Shown: positions 1-14,200 of the stretch, piece by piece
Numbering within the stretch: the first letter of the stretch is position 1
Layout of the letters: every line of letters begins with the position of its first letter
Assembly (NCBI RefSeq): GCF_035084215.1
Contig: NW_027139821.1
Location: 1-64,000, forward strand
DNA from: Heptranchias perlo
Lineage: Eukaryota
Length of the DNA: 64,000 bases
Reading direction: 5' to 3'
Program-made: the position numbers and the translations under genes
Notes under the pieces: model-generated
What the model was told of the DNA's origin: nothing
What the model saw: only the letters and a program-made list of their open reading frames with translations
Databases searched by the model: none

Positions 1-3000
1 CAATTCTACACCACCCACCTTACTTTCCCACCCCACTCTCCCCCATCCTCACAACACTCCGTCTCCCACCACACTCCCTCAATCCCACCCCCCTCCTTAC
101 CCACCACCCCCCCTCACCACACCACCCTCCTTACTCCACCCACACTCAGCCTCCATCCTCCCCACCCTCCTTACTCCACCCACCACTCCCTCCAGACCAC
201 CCACCCCCTTCCCTCCCCACCTCCCTCATCCACCTCCTTACTCCACCCACACTCCCTCAATCCTCACCACCCTCCTACTCCACCCACACTCCCTCAATCC
301 TCACCACCCTCCTTACTCCACCCACACTCCCTCAATCCACACCACCCTCCTTACTCCACACACACTCCCTCAATCCTCACCACCCTCCTCACTCCCACCC
401 ACACTCCCTCAATCCTCACCACCCTCCTTACTCCACCCACACTCCCTCAATCCTCACCACCCTCCTTACTCCACCCACACTCCCTCAATCCACACCACCC
501 TCCTTACTCCCCCCACACTCCCTCAATCCTCACCACCCTCCTTACTCCCACCCACACTCCCTCAATCCTCACCACCCTCCTTACTCCACACACACTCCCT
601 CAATCCTCACCACCCTCCTTACTCCACACACACTCCCTCAATCCACACCACCCTCCTTACTCTACCCACACTCCCTCAATCCTCACCACTCTCCTTACTC
701 CCACCCACACTCCCTCAATCCTCACCACCCTCCTTACTCCACCCACACACCCTCAATCCTCACCACCCTCCTTACTCCACCACACTCCCTCAATCCTCAC
801 CACCCTCCTTACTCCCACCCACACTCCCTCAATCCTCACCACCCTCCTTACTCCACACACACTCCCTCAATCCTCACCACCCTCCTTACTCCACCCACAC
901 TCCCTCAATCCTCACCACTCTCCTTACTCCACCCACACTCCCTCAATCCTCACCACCCTCCTTACTCCACCCACACTCCCTCAATCCTCACCACCCTCCT
1001 TACTCCCACCCACACTCCCTCAATCCTCACCACCCTCCTTACTCCACCCACACTCCCTCAATCCTCACCACCCTCCTTACTCCACCCACACTCCCTCAAT
1101 CCTCACCACCCTCCTTACTCCACCCACACTCCCTCAATCCACACCACCCTCCTTACTCCACCCACACTCCCTCAATCCTCACCACCCTCCTCACTCCACC
1201 CACACTCCCTCAATCCTCACCACCCTCCTTACTCCACCCACACTCCCTCAATCCTCACCACCCTCCTTACTCCCACCCACACTCCCTCAATCCTCACCAC
1301 CCTCCTTACTCCCACCCACACTCCCTCAATCCTCACCACCCTCCTTACTCCACCCACACTCCCTCAATCCTCACCACCCTCCTCACTCCACCCACACTCC
1401 CTCAATCCTCACCACCCTCCTTACTCCCACCCACACTCCCTCAATCCTCACCACCCTCCTTACTCCCACCCACACTCCCTCAATCCTCACCACCCTCCTT
1501 ACTCCCACCCACACTCCCTCAATCCTCACCACCCTCCTTACTCCACCCACACTCCCTCAATCCTCACCACCCTCCTTACTCCACCCACACTCCTCAATCC
1601 TCACCACCCTCCTTACTCCCACCCACACTCCCTCAATCCTCACCACCCTCCTTACTCCCACCCACACTCCCTCAATCCTCACCACCCTCCTTACTCCACC
1701 CACACTCCCTCAATCCTCACCACCCTCCTTACTCCACCCACACTCCCTCAATCCTCACCACCCTCCTCACTCCACCCACACTCCCTCAATCCTCACCACC
1801 CTCCTTACTCCCACCCACACTCCCTCAATCCTCACCACCCTCCTTACTCCCACCCACACTCCCTCAATCCTCACCACCCTCCTTACTCCACCCACACTCC
1901 CTCAATCCTCACCACCCTCCTTACTCCCACCCACACTCCCTCAATCCTCACCACCCTCCTCACTCCACCCACACTCCCTCAATCCTCACCACCCTCCTTA
2001 CTCCACCCACACTCCCTCAATCCTCACCACCCTCCTTACTCCCACCCACACTCCCTCAATCCTCACCACCCTCCTTACTCCCACCCACACTCCCTCAATC
2101 CTCACCACCCTCCTCACTCCACCCACACTCCCTCAATCCTCACCACCCTCCTTACTCCCACCCACACTCCCTCAATCCTCACCACCCTCCTTACTACACC
2201 CACACTCCCTCAATCCTCACCACCCTCCTTACTCCCACCCACACTCCCTCAATCCTCACCACCCTCCTTACTCCACCCACACACCCTCAATCCTCACCAC
2301 CCTCCTTACTCCACCCACACTCCCTCAATCCTCACCACCCTCCTTACTCCACCCACACTCCCTCAATCCACACCACCCTCCTTACTCCACCCACACTCCC
2401 TCAATCCTCACCACCCTCCTTACTCCCACCCACACTCGCTCAATCCTCACCACCCTCCTTACTCCACCCACACTCCCTCAATCCTCACCACCCTCCTTAC
2501 TCCACCCACACTCCCTCAATCCACACCACCCACCTTACTCCACACACACTCCCTCAATCCTCACCACCCTCCTTAATCCACCCACACTCCCTCAATCCTC
2601 ACCACCCTCCTTACTCCACCCACACTCCCTCAATCCTCACCACCCTCCTTAATCCACCCACACTCCCTCAATCCTCACCATCCTCCTTACTCCCACCCAC
2701 ACTCCCTCAATCCGCACCATCCTCCTTACTCCACCCACACTCCCTCAATCCTCACCACCCTCCTTACTCCACCCACACTCCCTCAATCCTCACCACCCTC
2801 CTTACTCCGCCCACACTCCCTCAATCCTCACCACCCTCCTCACTCCACCCACACTCCCTCAATCCTCACCACCCTCCTCACTCCACCCACACTCCCTCAA
2901 TCCCCACCACCCTCCTCACTCCACCCACACTCCCTCAATCCTCACCACCCTCCTTACTCCACCCACACTCCCTCAATCCTCACCACCCTCCTTACTCCGC

Positions 3001-6000
3001 CCACACTCCCTCAATCCTCACCACCCTCCTCACTCCACCCACACTCCCTCAATCCTCACCACCCTCCTCACTCCACCCACACTCCCTCAATCCTCACCAC
3101 CCTCCTCACTCCACCCACACTCCCTCAATCCCCACCACCCTCCTCACTCCACCCACACTCCCTCAATCCTCACCACCCTCCTTACTCCGCCCACACTCCC
3201 TCAATCCTCACCACCCTCCTCACTCCACCCACACTCCCTCAATCCCCACCACCCTCCTCACTCCACCCACACTCCCTCAATCCTCACCACCCTCCTTACT
3301 CCACCCACACTCCCTCAATCCTCACCACCCTCCTTACTCCACCCACACTCCCTCAATCCTCACCACCCTCCTTACTCCCACCCACACTCCCTCAATCCTC
3401 ACCACCCTCCTTACTCCACCCACACTCCCTCAATCCACACCACGCTCCTTACTCCACCCACACTCCCTCAATCCACACCACCCTCCTTACTCCACCCACA
3501 CTCCCTCAATCCTCACCACCTTCCTTACTCCCACCCACACTCCCTCAATCCTCACCACCCTCCTTACTCCACCCACACTCCCTCAATCCTCACCACCCTC
3601 CTTACTCCACCCACACTCCCTCAATCCTCACCACCCTCCTTACTCCCACCCACACTCCCTCAATCCTCACCACCCTCCTCACTCCACCCACACTCCCTCA
3701 ATCCTCACCACCCTCCTTACTCCACCACACTCCCTCAATCCTCACCACCCTCCTTACTCCGCCCACACTCCCTCAATCCTCACCACCCTCCTTACTCCCA
3801 CCCACACTCCCTCAATCCTCACCACCCTCCTTACTCCACCCACACTCCCTCAATCCACACCACCCTCCTTACTCCACCCACACTCCCTCAATCCACACCA
3901 CCCTCCTTACTCCACCCACATTCCCTCAATCCACACCACCCTCCTTACTCCACACACACTCCCTCAATCCTCACCACCCTCCTCACTCCCACCCACACTC
4001 CCTCAATCCTCACCACCCTCCTTACTCCACCCACACTCCCTCAATCCTCACCACCCTCCTTACTCCACCCACACTCCCTCAATCCTCACCACCCTCCTTA
4101 CTCCCACCCACACTCCCTCAATACTCACCATCCTCCTTACTCCCACCCACACTCCCTCAATCCTCACCATCCTCCTTACTCCACCCACACTCCCTCAATC
4201 CTCACCACCCTCCTTACTCCACCCACACTCCCTCAATACTCACCATCCTCCTTACTCCCACCCACACTCCCTCAATCCTCACCATCCTCCTTACTCCACC
4301 CACACTCCCTCAATACTCACCACCCTCCTTATTCCACCCACACTCCCTCAATCCACACCACCCTCCTTACTCCCACCCACACTCCCTCAATCCTCACCAC
4401 CCTCCTCACTCCACCCACACTCCCTCAATCCTCACCACCCTCCTTACTCCACCCACACTCCCTCAATCCTCACCACCCTCCTCACTCCACCCACACTCCC
4501 TCAATCCTCACCACCCTCCTCACTCCACCCACACTCCCTCAATCCTCACCACCCTCCTCACTCCACCCACACTCCCTCAATCCACACCACCCTCCTTACT
4601 CCCACCCACACTCCCTCAATCCTCACCACCCTCCTCACTCCACCCACACTCCCTCAATCCTCACCACCCTCCTTACTCCACCCACACTCCCTCAATCCAC
4701 ACCACCCTCCTTACTCCACACACACTCCCTCAATCCTCACCACCCTCCTCACTCCCACCCACACTCCCTCAATCCTCACCACCCTCCTTACTCCACACAC
4801 ACTCCCTCAATCCTCACCACCCTCCTTACTCCACACACACTCCCTCAATCCTCACCACCCTCCTTACTCCCACCCACACTCCCTCAATCGTCACCACCCT
4901 CCTTACTCCACCCACACTCCCTCAATCCTCACCACCCTCCTTGCTCCACCCACAGTCCCTCAATCCTCACCACCCTCCTTACTCCACGCACACTCCCTCA
5001 ATCCTCACCACCCTCCTTACTCCCACCCACACTCCCTCAATCCTCACCACCCTCCTTACTCCACCCATACTCCCTCAATCCTCAACACCCTCCTTACTCC
5101 CACCCACACTCCCTCAATCCTCACCACCCTCATTCCCACCCACACTCCCTCAATCCTCACCACCCTCCTTACTCCCACCCAGACTCCCTCAATCCTCACC
5201 ACCCTCCTTACTCCACCCACACTCCCTCAATCCTCACCACCCTCCTTACTCCCACCCACACTCCCTCAATCCTCACCACCCTCCTTACTCCACCCATACT
5301 CCCTCAATCCTCACCACCCTCCTTACTCCCACCCACACTCCCTCAATCCTCACCACCCTCCTTACTCCACACACACTCCCTCAATCCTCACCACCCTCCT
5401 TACTCCACCCACACTCCCTCAATCCTCAACACCCTCCTTACTCCACACACGCTCCCTCAATCCTCACCACTCTCCTTACTCCACACACACTCCCTCAATC
5501 CTCACCACCCTCCTTACTCCACCCACACTCCCTCAATCCTCACCACCCTCCTTACTCCACCCACACTCCCTCAATCCTCACCACCCTCCTTACTCCACAC
5601 ACACTCCCTCAATCCTCACCACCCTGCTTACTCCACCCACACTCCCTCAATCCTCACCACCCTCCTTACTCCACCCATACTCCCTCAATCCTCACTACCC
5701 TCCTTACTCCACCCACACTCCCTCAATCCTCACCACCCTCCTGAGTCCTACCCACACTCCCTCAATCCTCACCACCCTCCTTACTCCCATCCACACTCCC
5801 TCAATCCTCACCACCCTCCTTACTCCACCCACACTCCCTCAATCCTCACCACCCTCCTTACTCCACCCACACTCCCTCAATCCTCACCACCCTCCTTTCT
5901 CCCACCCACATTCCCTCAATCCACACCACCCTCCTTACTCCCACCCACACTCCCTCAATCCTCACCACCCTCCTTACTCCACCCACACTCCCTCAATCCT

Positions 6001-8627
6001 CACCACCCTCCTTACTCCACCCACACTCCCTCAATCCTCACCACCCTCCTTACTCCACCCACACTCCCTCAATCCTCACCACCCTCCTTACTCCACCCAC
6101 ACTCCCTCAATCCTCACCACCCTCCTTACTCCCACCCACACTCCATCAATCCTCACCACCCTCCTTACTCCACCCACACTCCCTCAATCCTCACCACCCT
6201 CCTCACTCCACCCACACTCCCTCAATCCTCACCACCCTCCTTACTCCCACCCACACTCCCTCAATCCTCACCACCCTCCTCACTCCACACACACTCCCTC
6301 AATCCTCACCACCCTCCTTACTCCACCCACACTCCCTCAATCCTCACCACCCTCCTTACTCCCACCCACACTCCCTCAATCCTCACCATCCTCCTTACTC
6401 CAACCACACTCCCTCAATCCTCACCACCCTCCTTACTACACCCACACTCCCTCAATCCTCACCACCCTCCTTACTCCCACCCACACTCCCTCAATCCTCA
6501 CCACCCTCCTTACTCCACCCACACTCCCTCAATCCTCACCATCCTCCTCACTCCACCCACACTCCCTCAATCCTCACCATCCTCCTTACTCCCACCCACA
6601 CTCCCTCAATCCTCACCACCCTCCTTACTCCACCCACACTCCCTCAATCCTCACCACCCTCCTTACTCCCACCCACACTCCCTCAATCCTCACCACCCTC
6701 CTTACTCCACCCACACTCCCTCAATCCTCACCACCCTCCTTACTCCCACCCACACTCCCTCAATCCTCACCATCCTCCTTACTCCCACCCACACTCCTTC
6801 AATCCTCACCACCCTCCTCACTCCCACCCACACTCCCTCAATCCTCACCTCCCTCCTTACTCCCACCCACACTCCCTCAATCCTCACCACCTTCCTTACT
6901 CCACCCACACTCCCTCAATCCTCACCACCCTCCTTACTCCCACCCACACTCCCTCAATCCTCACCACCATCCTTACTCCACCCACACTCCCTCAATCCTC
7001 ACCACCCTCCTTACTCCCACCCACACTCCCTCAATCCTCACCATCCTCCTTACTCCACCCACACTCCCTCAATCCTCACCACCCTCCTTACTCCACCCAC
7101 ACTCCCTCAATACTCACCACCCTCCTTACTCCACCCACACTCCCTCAATCCTCACCACCCTCCTTACTCCACACACACTCCCTCAATCCTCACCACCCTC
7201 CTTACTCCCACCCACACTCCCTCAATCCTCACCACCCTCCTTACTCCACACACACTCCCTCAATCCTCACCACCCTCCTTACTCCACACACACTCCCTCA
7301 ATACTCACCACCCTCCTTACTCCACCCACACTCCCTCAATCCTCACCACCCTCCTTACTCCACACACACTCCCTCAATCCTCACCACCCTCCTTACTCCC
7401 ACCCACACTCCCTCAATCCTCACCACCCTCCTTACTCCCACCCACACTCCCTCAATCCTCACCACCCTCCTTACTCCACCCACACTCCCTCAATCCTCAC
7501 CACCCTCCTCACTCCACCCACACTCCCTCAATCCTCACCACCCTCCTCACTCCACACACACTCCCTCAATCCTCACCACCCTCCTTACTCCCACCCACAC
7601 TCCCTCAATCCTCACCACCCTCCTTACTCCCACCCACACTCCCTCAATCCTCACCACCCTCCTTACTCCCACCCACACTCCCTCAATCCTCACCACTCTC
7701 CTTACTCCACCCACACTCCCTCAATCCTCACCACCCTCCTTACTCCACCCACACTCCCTTAATCCTCACCACCCTCCTTACTCCACCCACACTCCCTTAA
7801 TCCTCACCACCCTCCTTACTCCACCCACACTCCCTTAATCCTCACCACCCTCCTCACTCCACCCACACTCCCTCAATCCTCACCACCCTCCTTACTCCAC
7901 CCACACTCCCTTAATCCTCACCACCCTCCTCACTCCACCCACACTCCCTCAATCCTCACCACCCTCCTTACTCCCACCCACACTCCCTCAATCCTCACCA
8001 CCCTCCTTACTCCACCCACACTCCCTTAATCCTCACCACCCTCCTCACTCCACCCACACTCCCTCAATCCTCACCACCCTCCTTACTCCACCCACACTCC
8101 CTCAATCCTCACCACCCTCCTTACTCCCACCCACACTCCCTCAATCCTCACCACCCTCCTTACTCCACCCACACTCCCTCAATCCTCACCACCCTCCTTA
8201 CTCCCACCCACACTCCCTCAATCCTCACCACCCTCCTCACTCCACACACACTCCCTCAATCCTCACCACCCTCCTTACTCCACACACACTCCCTCAATCC
8301 TCACCACCCTCCTTAATCCACCCACACTCCCTCAATCCTCACCACCCTCCTTACTCCCACCCACACTCCCTCAATCCTCACCACCCTCCTTACTCCACCC
8401 ACACTCCCTTAATCCTCACCACCCTCCTTACTCCACACACACTCCCTTAATCCTCACCACCCTCCTCACTCCACCCACACTCCCTCAATCCTCACCACCC
8501 TCCTCACTCCACCCACACTCCCTCAATCCTCACCATCCTCCTTACTCCACCCACACTCCCTCAATCCTCACCACCCTCCTTACTCCACCCACACTCCCTC
8601 AATCCTCACCACCCTCCTTACTCCCAC
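1..8627. repeat. 38/39-bp minisatellite (CTCCACCCACACTCCCTCAATCCTCACCACCCTCCTTA)n, ~225 copies
   Basis: Direct tandem periodicity; almost no G on the + strand; first ~240 bp degenerate. Confidence 0.97.
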
Positions 8628-8861
8628 CATCTGATTCTTGCTTCACTCCAGATTCATTTGCCTTCCCCTCTTCACCATAAATATAAACACCAAATCCAGG
8701 ACAAGGAACTAATTGTTCAAACACTCCTTCCTGTTGCTCCCCCTTCCTGTCGGTGAGTGGGTGCTGTTCTCTACGCTCCAATCTCAATGGAATATCTATG
8801 GTGGGACACTGGTCATTGAGTGGCAGAGAAAGGCCCCCGGGATTGAGGATTCTCTCAACCT
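8628..8861 (-). CDS. Possible orphan internal exon (phase 1-1, 234 nt) of an unidentified gene
   Basis: Unique island between two minisatellites. Acceptor tctttactcacAG; only one frame stays open (EVERILNPGGLSLPLNDQCPTIDIPLRLE..GVKQESD); donor G|GTGGGA, or alternative in-phase A|GTAAGG at 8622. No recognisable domain. Confidence 0.3.
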
Positions 8862-8878
8862 CTGTGAGTAAAGACCCC

Positions 8879-11237
8879 AGTCTGGGCCTGCTCTCCTGTT
8901 CGTATATGGACAGTCTGGGCCTGCTCTCCTGTTAGTATATGGACAGTCTGGGCCTGCTCTCCAGCTCGTCTCTGGACAGTCTGGGCCTGCTCTCCAGCTC
9001 GTCTCTGGACAGTCTGGGCCTGCTCTCCAGCTCGTCTCTGGACAGTCTGGGCCTACTCTCCAGCTCGTCTCTGGACAGTCTGGGCCTGCTCTCCAGCTCG
9101 TACATGGACAGTCTGGGCCTGCTCTCCAGCTCGTACATGGACAGTCTGGGCCTGCTCTCCAGCTCGTACATGGACAGTCTGGGCCTACTCTCCAGCTCGT
9201 ACATGGACAGTCTGGGCCTACTCTCCAGCTCGTATATGGACAGTCTGGGCCCACTCTCCAGCTCGTACATGGACAGTCTGGGCCTACTCTCCAGCTCGTA
9301 TATGGACAGTCTGGGCCTGCTCTGTTAGTATATGGACAGTCTGGGCCTGCTCTGTTAGTATATGGACAGTCTGGCCCAGCTCTGTTAGTATATGGACAGT
9401 CTGGGCCTGCTCTGTTAGTATATGGACAGTCTGGCCCAGCTCTGTTAGTATATGGACAGTCTGGGCCTGCTCTGTTAGTATATGGACAGTCTGGGCCTGC
9501 TCTGTTCGTATATGGACAGTCTGGGCCAGCTCTGTTAGTATATGGACAGTCTGGGCCTGCTCTGTTAGTATATGGACAGTCTGGCCCAGCTCTGTTAGTA
9601 TATGGACAGTCTGGGCCTGCTCTGTTAGTATATGGACAGTCTGGCCCAGCTCTGTTAGTATATGGACAGTCTGGGCCTGCTCTCCTGTTAGTATATGGAC
9701 AGTCTGGGCCTGCTCTCCTGTTAGTATATGGACAGTCTGGGCCTGCTCTCCAGCTCGTCTCTGGACAGTCTGGGCCTGCTCTCCAGCTCGTCTCTGGACA
9801 GTCTGGGCCTGCTCTCCTGTTAGTATATGGACAGTCTGGGCCTACTCTCCAGCTCGTCTCTGGACAGTCTGGGCCTGCTCTCCAGCTCGTACATGGACAG
9901 TCTGGGCCTGCTCTCCAGCTCGTACATGGACAGTCTGGGCCTGCTCTCCAGCTCGTACATGGACAGTCTGGGCCTACTCTCCAGCTCGTACATGGACAGT
10001 CTGGGCCTACTCTCCAGCTCGTATATGGACAGTCTGGGCCCACTCTCCAGCTCGTACATGGACAGTCTGGGCCTACTCTCCAGCTCGTATATGGACAGTC
10101 TGGGCCTGCTCTGTTAGTATATGGACAGTCTGGGCCTGCTCTGTTAGTATATGGACAGTCTGGGCCTGCTCTGTTAGTATATGGACAGTCTGGCCCAGCT
10201 CTGTTAGTATATGGACAGTCTGGGCCTGCTCTGTTAGTATATGGACAGTCTGGCCCAGCTCTGTTAGTATATGGACAGTCTGGGCCTGCTCTGTTAGTAT
10301 ATGGACAGTCTGGGCCTGCTCTGTTCGTATATGGACAGTCTGGGCCAGCTCTGTTAGTATATGGACAGTCTGGGCCTGCTCTGTTAGTATATGGACAGTC
10401 TGGGCCAGCTCTGTTAGTATATGGAGAGTCTGGGCCTGCTCTGTTAGTATATGGAGAGTCTGGGCCTGCTCTGTTAGTATATGGACAGTCTGGCCCAGCT
10501 CTGTTCGTATATGGACAGTCTGGGCCTGTTCTGTTAGTATATGGACAGTCTGGGCCAGCTCTGTTAGTATATGGACAGTCTGGCCCAGCTCTGTTCGTAT
10601 ATGGACAGTCTGGGCCAGCTCTGTTCATATATGGACAGTCTGGCCCAGCTCTGTTCGTATATGGACAGTCTGGCCCAGCTCTGTTAGTATATGGACAGTC
10701 TGGCCCAGCTCTGTTAGTATATGGACAGTCTGGCCCAGCTCTGTTCATATCTGGACAGTCTGGGCCAGCTCTGTTAGTATATGGACAGTCTGGGCCAGCT
10801 CTGTTAGTATATGGACAGTCTGGGCCTGCTCTGTTAGTATATGGACAGTCTGGGCCAGCTCTGTTAGTATATGGACAGTCTGGGCCAGCTCTGTTCGTAT
10901 ATGGACAGTCTGGGCCAGCTCTGTTAGTATATGGACAGTCTGGGCCTGCTCTGTTAGTATATGGACAGTCTGGGCCAGCTCTGTTAGTATATGGACAGTC
11001 TGGGCCAGCTCTGTTCATATATGGACAGTCTGGGCCAGCTCTGTTAGTATATGGACAGTCTGGGCCAGCTCTGTTAGTATATGGACAGTCTGGGCCAGCT
11101 CTGTTAGTATATGGACAGTCTGGGCCAGCTCTGTTCATATATGGACAGTCTGGGCCAGCTCTGTTAGTATATGGACAGTCTGGGTCTGCTCTGTTTGTAT
11201 ATGGACAGTCTGGGCCTGCTCTGTTAGTATATGGACA
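8879..11237. repeat. Composite 30/33-bp minisatellite (core ATGGACAGTCTGGGCCTGCTCT) with higher-order duplication
   Basis: Blocks of 33-mers and 30-mers; the block pattern recurs with an offset of ~789 bp. Confidence 0.95.
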
Positions 11238-11261
11238 TTCACTGAGCTATGATGCCTCTTC

Positions 11262-11652
11262 CTCCTGCCCCATCCCCCACTGTCCTGTAATCCTGCCCCA
11301 TCCCCCACTGTACTGTAATCCTGCCCCATCCCGCACTGTCCTGTAATCCTGCCCCATCCCCCACTGTACTGTAATCCTGCCCCATCCCCCACTGTCCTGT
11401 AATCCTGCCCCGTCCCCCACTGTATTATTGTAATCCTGCCCCATCCCCCACTGTACTGTAATCCTGCCTTATCCCCCACTGTACTGTAATCCTGCCTCAT
11501 CCCCACTGTACTGTAATCCTGCCCGATCCCCCACTGTACTGTAATCCTGCCTCATCCCCACTGTACTGTAATCCTGCCCCATCCCCCACTGTACTGTAAT
11601 CCTGCCCCATCCCCCACTGTCCTGTAATCCTGCCCCATCCCCCACTGTCCTG
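11262..11652. repeat. 28-bp minisatellite (ATCCCCCACTGTACTGTAATCCTGCCCC)n
   Basis: Tandem periodicity of 28, ~14 copies. Confidence 0.93.
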
Positions 11653-11708
11653 TTTTGCTTTTAAAGTCGATGGTCCCAAAGTTCTTGGGACGAGGAAAAT
11701 GCAACTTT

Positions 11709-12680
11709 AATGGGAGGGTTAATGTACCAGAGGGAGGGGCTGTGATGGGGGGGTTAATGTACCAGAGGGAGGGGCTGTGATGGGGGGGTTAATGTACCAG
11801 AGGGAGGGGCTGTGATGGGGGTTAATGTACCAGAGGGAGGGGCTGTGATGGGGGGGGTTAATGTACCAGAGGGAGGGGCTGTGATGGGGGGGTTAATGTA
11901 CCAGAGGGAGGGGCTGTGATGGGGGTTAATGTACCAGAGGGAGGGGCTGTGATGGGGGGGGTTAATGTACCAGAGGGAGGGGCTGTGATGGGGGTTAATG
12001 TACCAGAGGGAGGGGCTGTGATGAGGGGGTTAATGTACCGGGGGAGGGGCTGTGATGGGGGGGTTAATGTACCAGAGGGAGGGGCTGTGATGGGGGTTAA
12101 TGTACCAGAGGGAGGGGCTGTGATGAGGGGGTTAATGTACCGGGGGAGGGGCTGTGATGGGGGGGTTAATGTACCAGAGGGAGGGGCTGTAATGGGGGGG
12201 TTAATGTACCGGGGGAGGGGCTGTAATGGGGGGGTTAATGTACCAGAGGGAGGGGCTGTAATGGGGGGGTTAATGTACCGGGGGAGGGGCTGTGATGAGG
12301 GGGTTAATGTACCGGGGGAGGGGCTGTGATGGGGGGGTTAATGTACCAGAGGGAGGGGCTGTAATGGGGGGGTTAATGTACCGGGGGAGGGGCTGTAATG
12401 GGGGGGTTAATGTACCAGAGGGAGGGGCTGTAATGGGGGGGTTAATGTACCGGGGGAGGGGCTGTAATGGGGGGGTTAATGTACCAGAGGGAGGGGCTGT
12501 GATGAGGGGGTTAATGTACCAGAGGGAGGGGCTGTAATGGGGGGGTTAATGTACCAGAGGGAGGGGCTGTAATGGGGGGGTTGATGTACCAGAGGGAGGG
12601 GCTGTAATGGGGGGGTTGATGTACCAGAGGGAGGGGCTGTAATGGGGGGGTTAATGTACCAGGGGGACGGGCTGTGATGG
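11709..12680. repeat. ~35-37-bp G-rich minisatellite (GGGGGGGTTAATGTACCAGAGGGAGGGGCTGTGAT)n
   Basis: Tandem units with variable G-run length, ~27 copies. Confidence 0.93.
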
Positions 12681-13089
12681 GCGAGCTGGTCCAATGGGAT
12701 CTCTCTATCTGAGTGGTTTGACAGAGGGGGTGGGGGCCTTTGCTCAGATGCCAAGGAGGTTGAGCAGCTCAGGAAGTGTCTTTGGCCGGTGATCAATGCG
12801 GGTGAATTCTGTTCCCAGATGAAGGAAGGACAGAGATGGGACAACACCGTGTGAGTGCCTGAGAAACTCCTGTTGGATGCTGTCTGGGCCGGAGCACAGA
12901 GACGGCCTTGTTTTCAGTGGAGAGACACTGAAGGCAGACGAGGAACTCACCGCCACTCACCGTGATGCCAATTACATGTCCCGGCATCTGTCGGCCGTGG
13001 AACGTCCAACCCTGGTAACAAGCTGCTTTCACCAGAACATCGGAACAGGAAATGGTGCAGGAAAAGGGTCCTGTTAATTGCCAGAATGG

Positions 13090-14200
13090 TGATTGACGAC
13101 TAAGGTCAGAGCATGGAGTCAGGGGACAGGTAACAGAATGGATAACAAGCTGGTTACAAAACAGAAAACAGAGAGTAGGGGTTAAAGGTAGTTACTCAGA
13201 CTGGCAAAAGGTGGGAAGTGGTGTTCCCCAGGGATCGGTGCTGGGACCACTGTTGTTCACCATTTACATCAACGATTTGGACTCAGGAATCAGAAATACA
13301 ATTTCAAAATTTGCAGACACCAAATTGGGGATATAGTTAGTACCAGGAGGACTGTGACAAAATATAAGACATTAATAAACTTGCAGAATGGGCGTGTAAT
13401 TGGCAAATTAATTTCAATATAGATAAGTGTGAGGTGGGACATTTTGATCAGAAGAATAAGGAGGCCCCATACTGATTGGATAATAAGAGTCTAAATGGGG
13501 TAAAGGAGCAGAGGGATCTGGGGGGACAGATACACAAATCACTAAAAGTAGCGACACAGCAAACCACACACTGGGGTTCATTTCCAGAGGGATAGAGTTA
13601 AAAAGCAGAGAAGTTATATTAAACTTGTATCGAACCTTGGTTAGACCACACTTGGAGTACTGTGAACAGTTCTGGTCTCTATATTATAAAAAGGATAAAG
13701 AGGCACTGGAGAAGGTGCAAAAAAGATTCACAAGGATGATATCAGAACTGAGAGGTTATACCAATCAGGGAAGTCTGAATGGGCTGGGGATCTTTTCTTT
13801 AGAAAACAGAAAACTGAGGGATGACCTGATAGAGGTCTTTAAGATTATGAAAGGGTTCGATAGAGAAGATGTTTCCACTTGTGGGGGAGACCAGAACGAG
13901 GGGCCATAAATATAAGATAGTCACTAATAAATCCAATAGGGAACTCAGGAGAAACTTCTTTACCCAGAGAGTGGTGAGAATGTGGAACTCGCTCCCACAA
14001 GGAGTAGTTGAGGTGAATAGTGTCGATGGATTTAAGGGGAAGCTCGATAAACACATGAGGGAGAAAGGAATAGAAGGATATGGTGATAGGGTGAGATGAA
14101 GTAGGGAGGGAGGAGGCTCGTGTGGAGCACAAACACCGGGATAGACCTGTTGGGCCGAATGGCCTGTTTCTGTGCTGTACATTCGATGTAATTCTGTGCA
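13090..14200 (+). mobile_element. CR1-clade LINE, 5'-truncated 3' fragment
   Basis: Degenerate RT motifs [21 protein letters not shown] and SKFAD; LYRTLVRPHLEYC..RNFFTQRVVRMWNSLP; CR1 3' end gggccgaatggcct. Confidence 0.9.

Noticed and set aside
1-240. Distinct sequence or telomere at the window start
   Set aside because: Degenerate version of the 38-bp unit, possibly low-quality contig end; no (CCCTAA)n.
4941-6908. ORFs in the 38-bp array
   Set aside because: Repeat translations with constantly shifting frame.
8879-11237. CRISPR-like appearance of 28-41 bp repeats here and elsewhere
   Set aside because: Head-to-tail repeats without unique spacers, no cas genes, vertebrate context.
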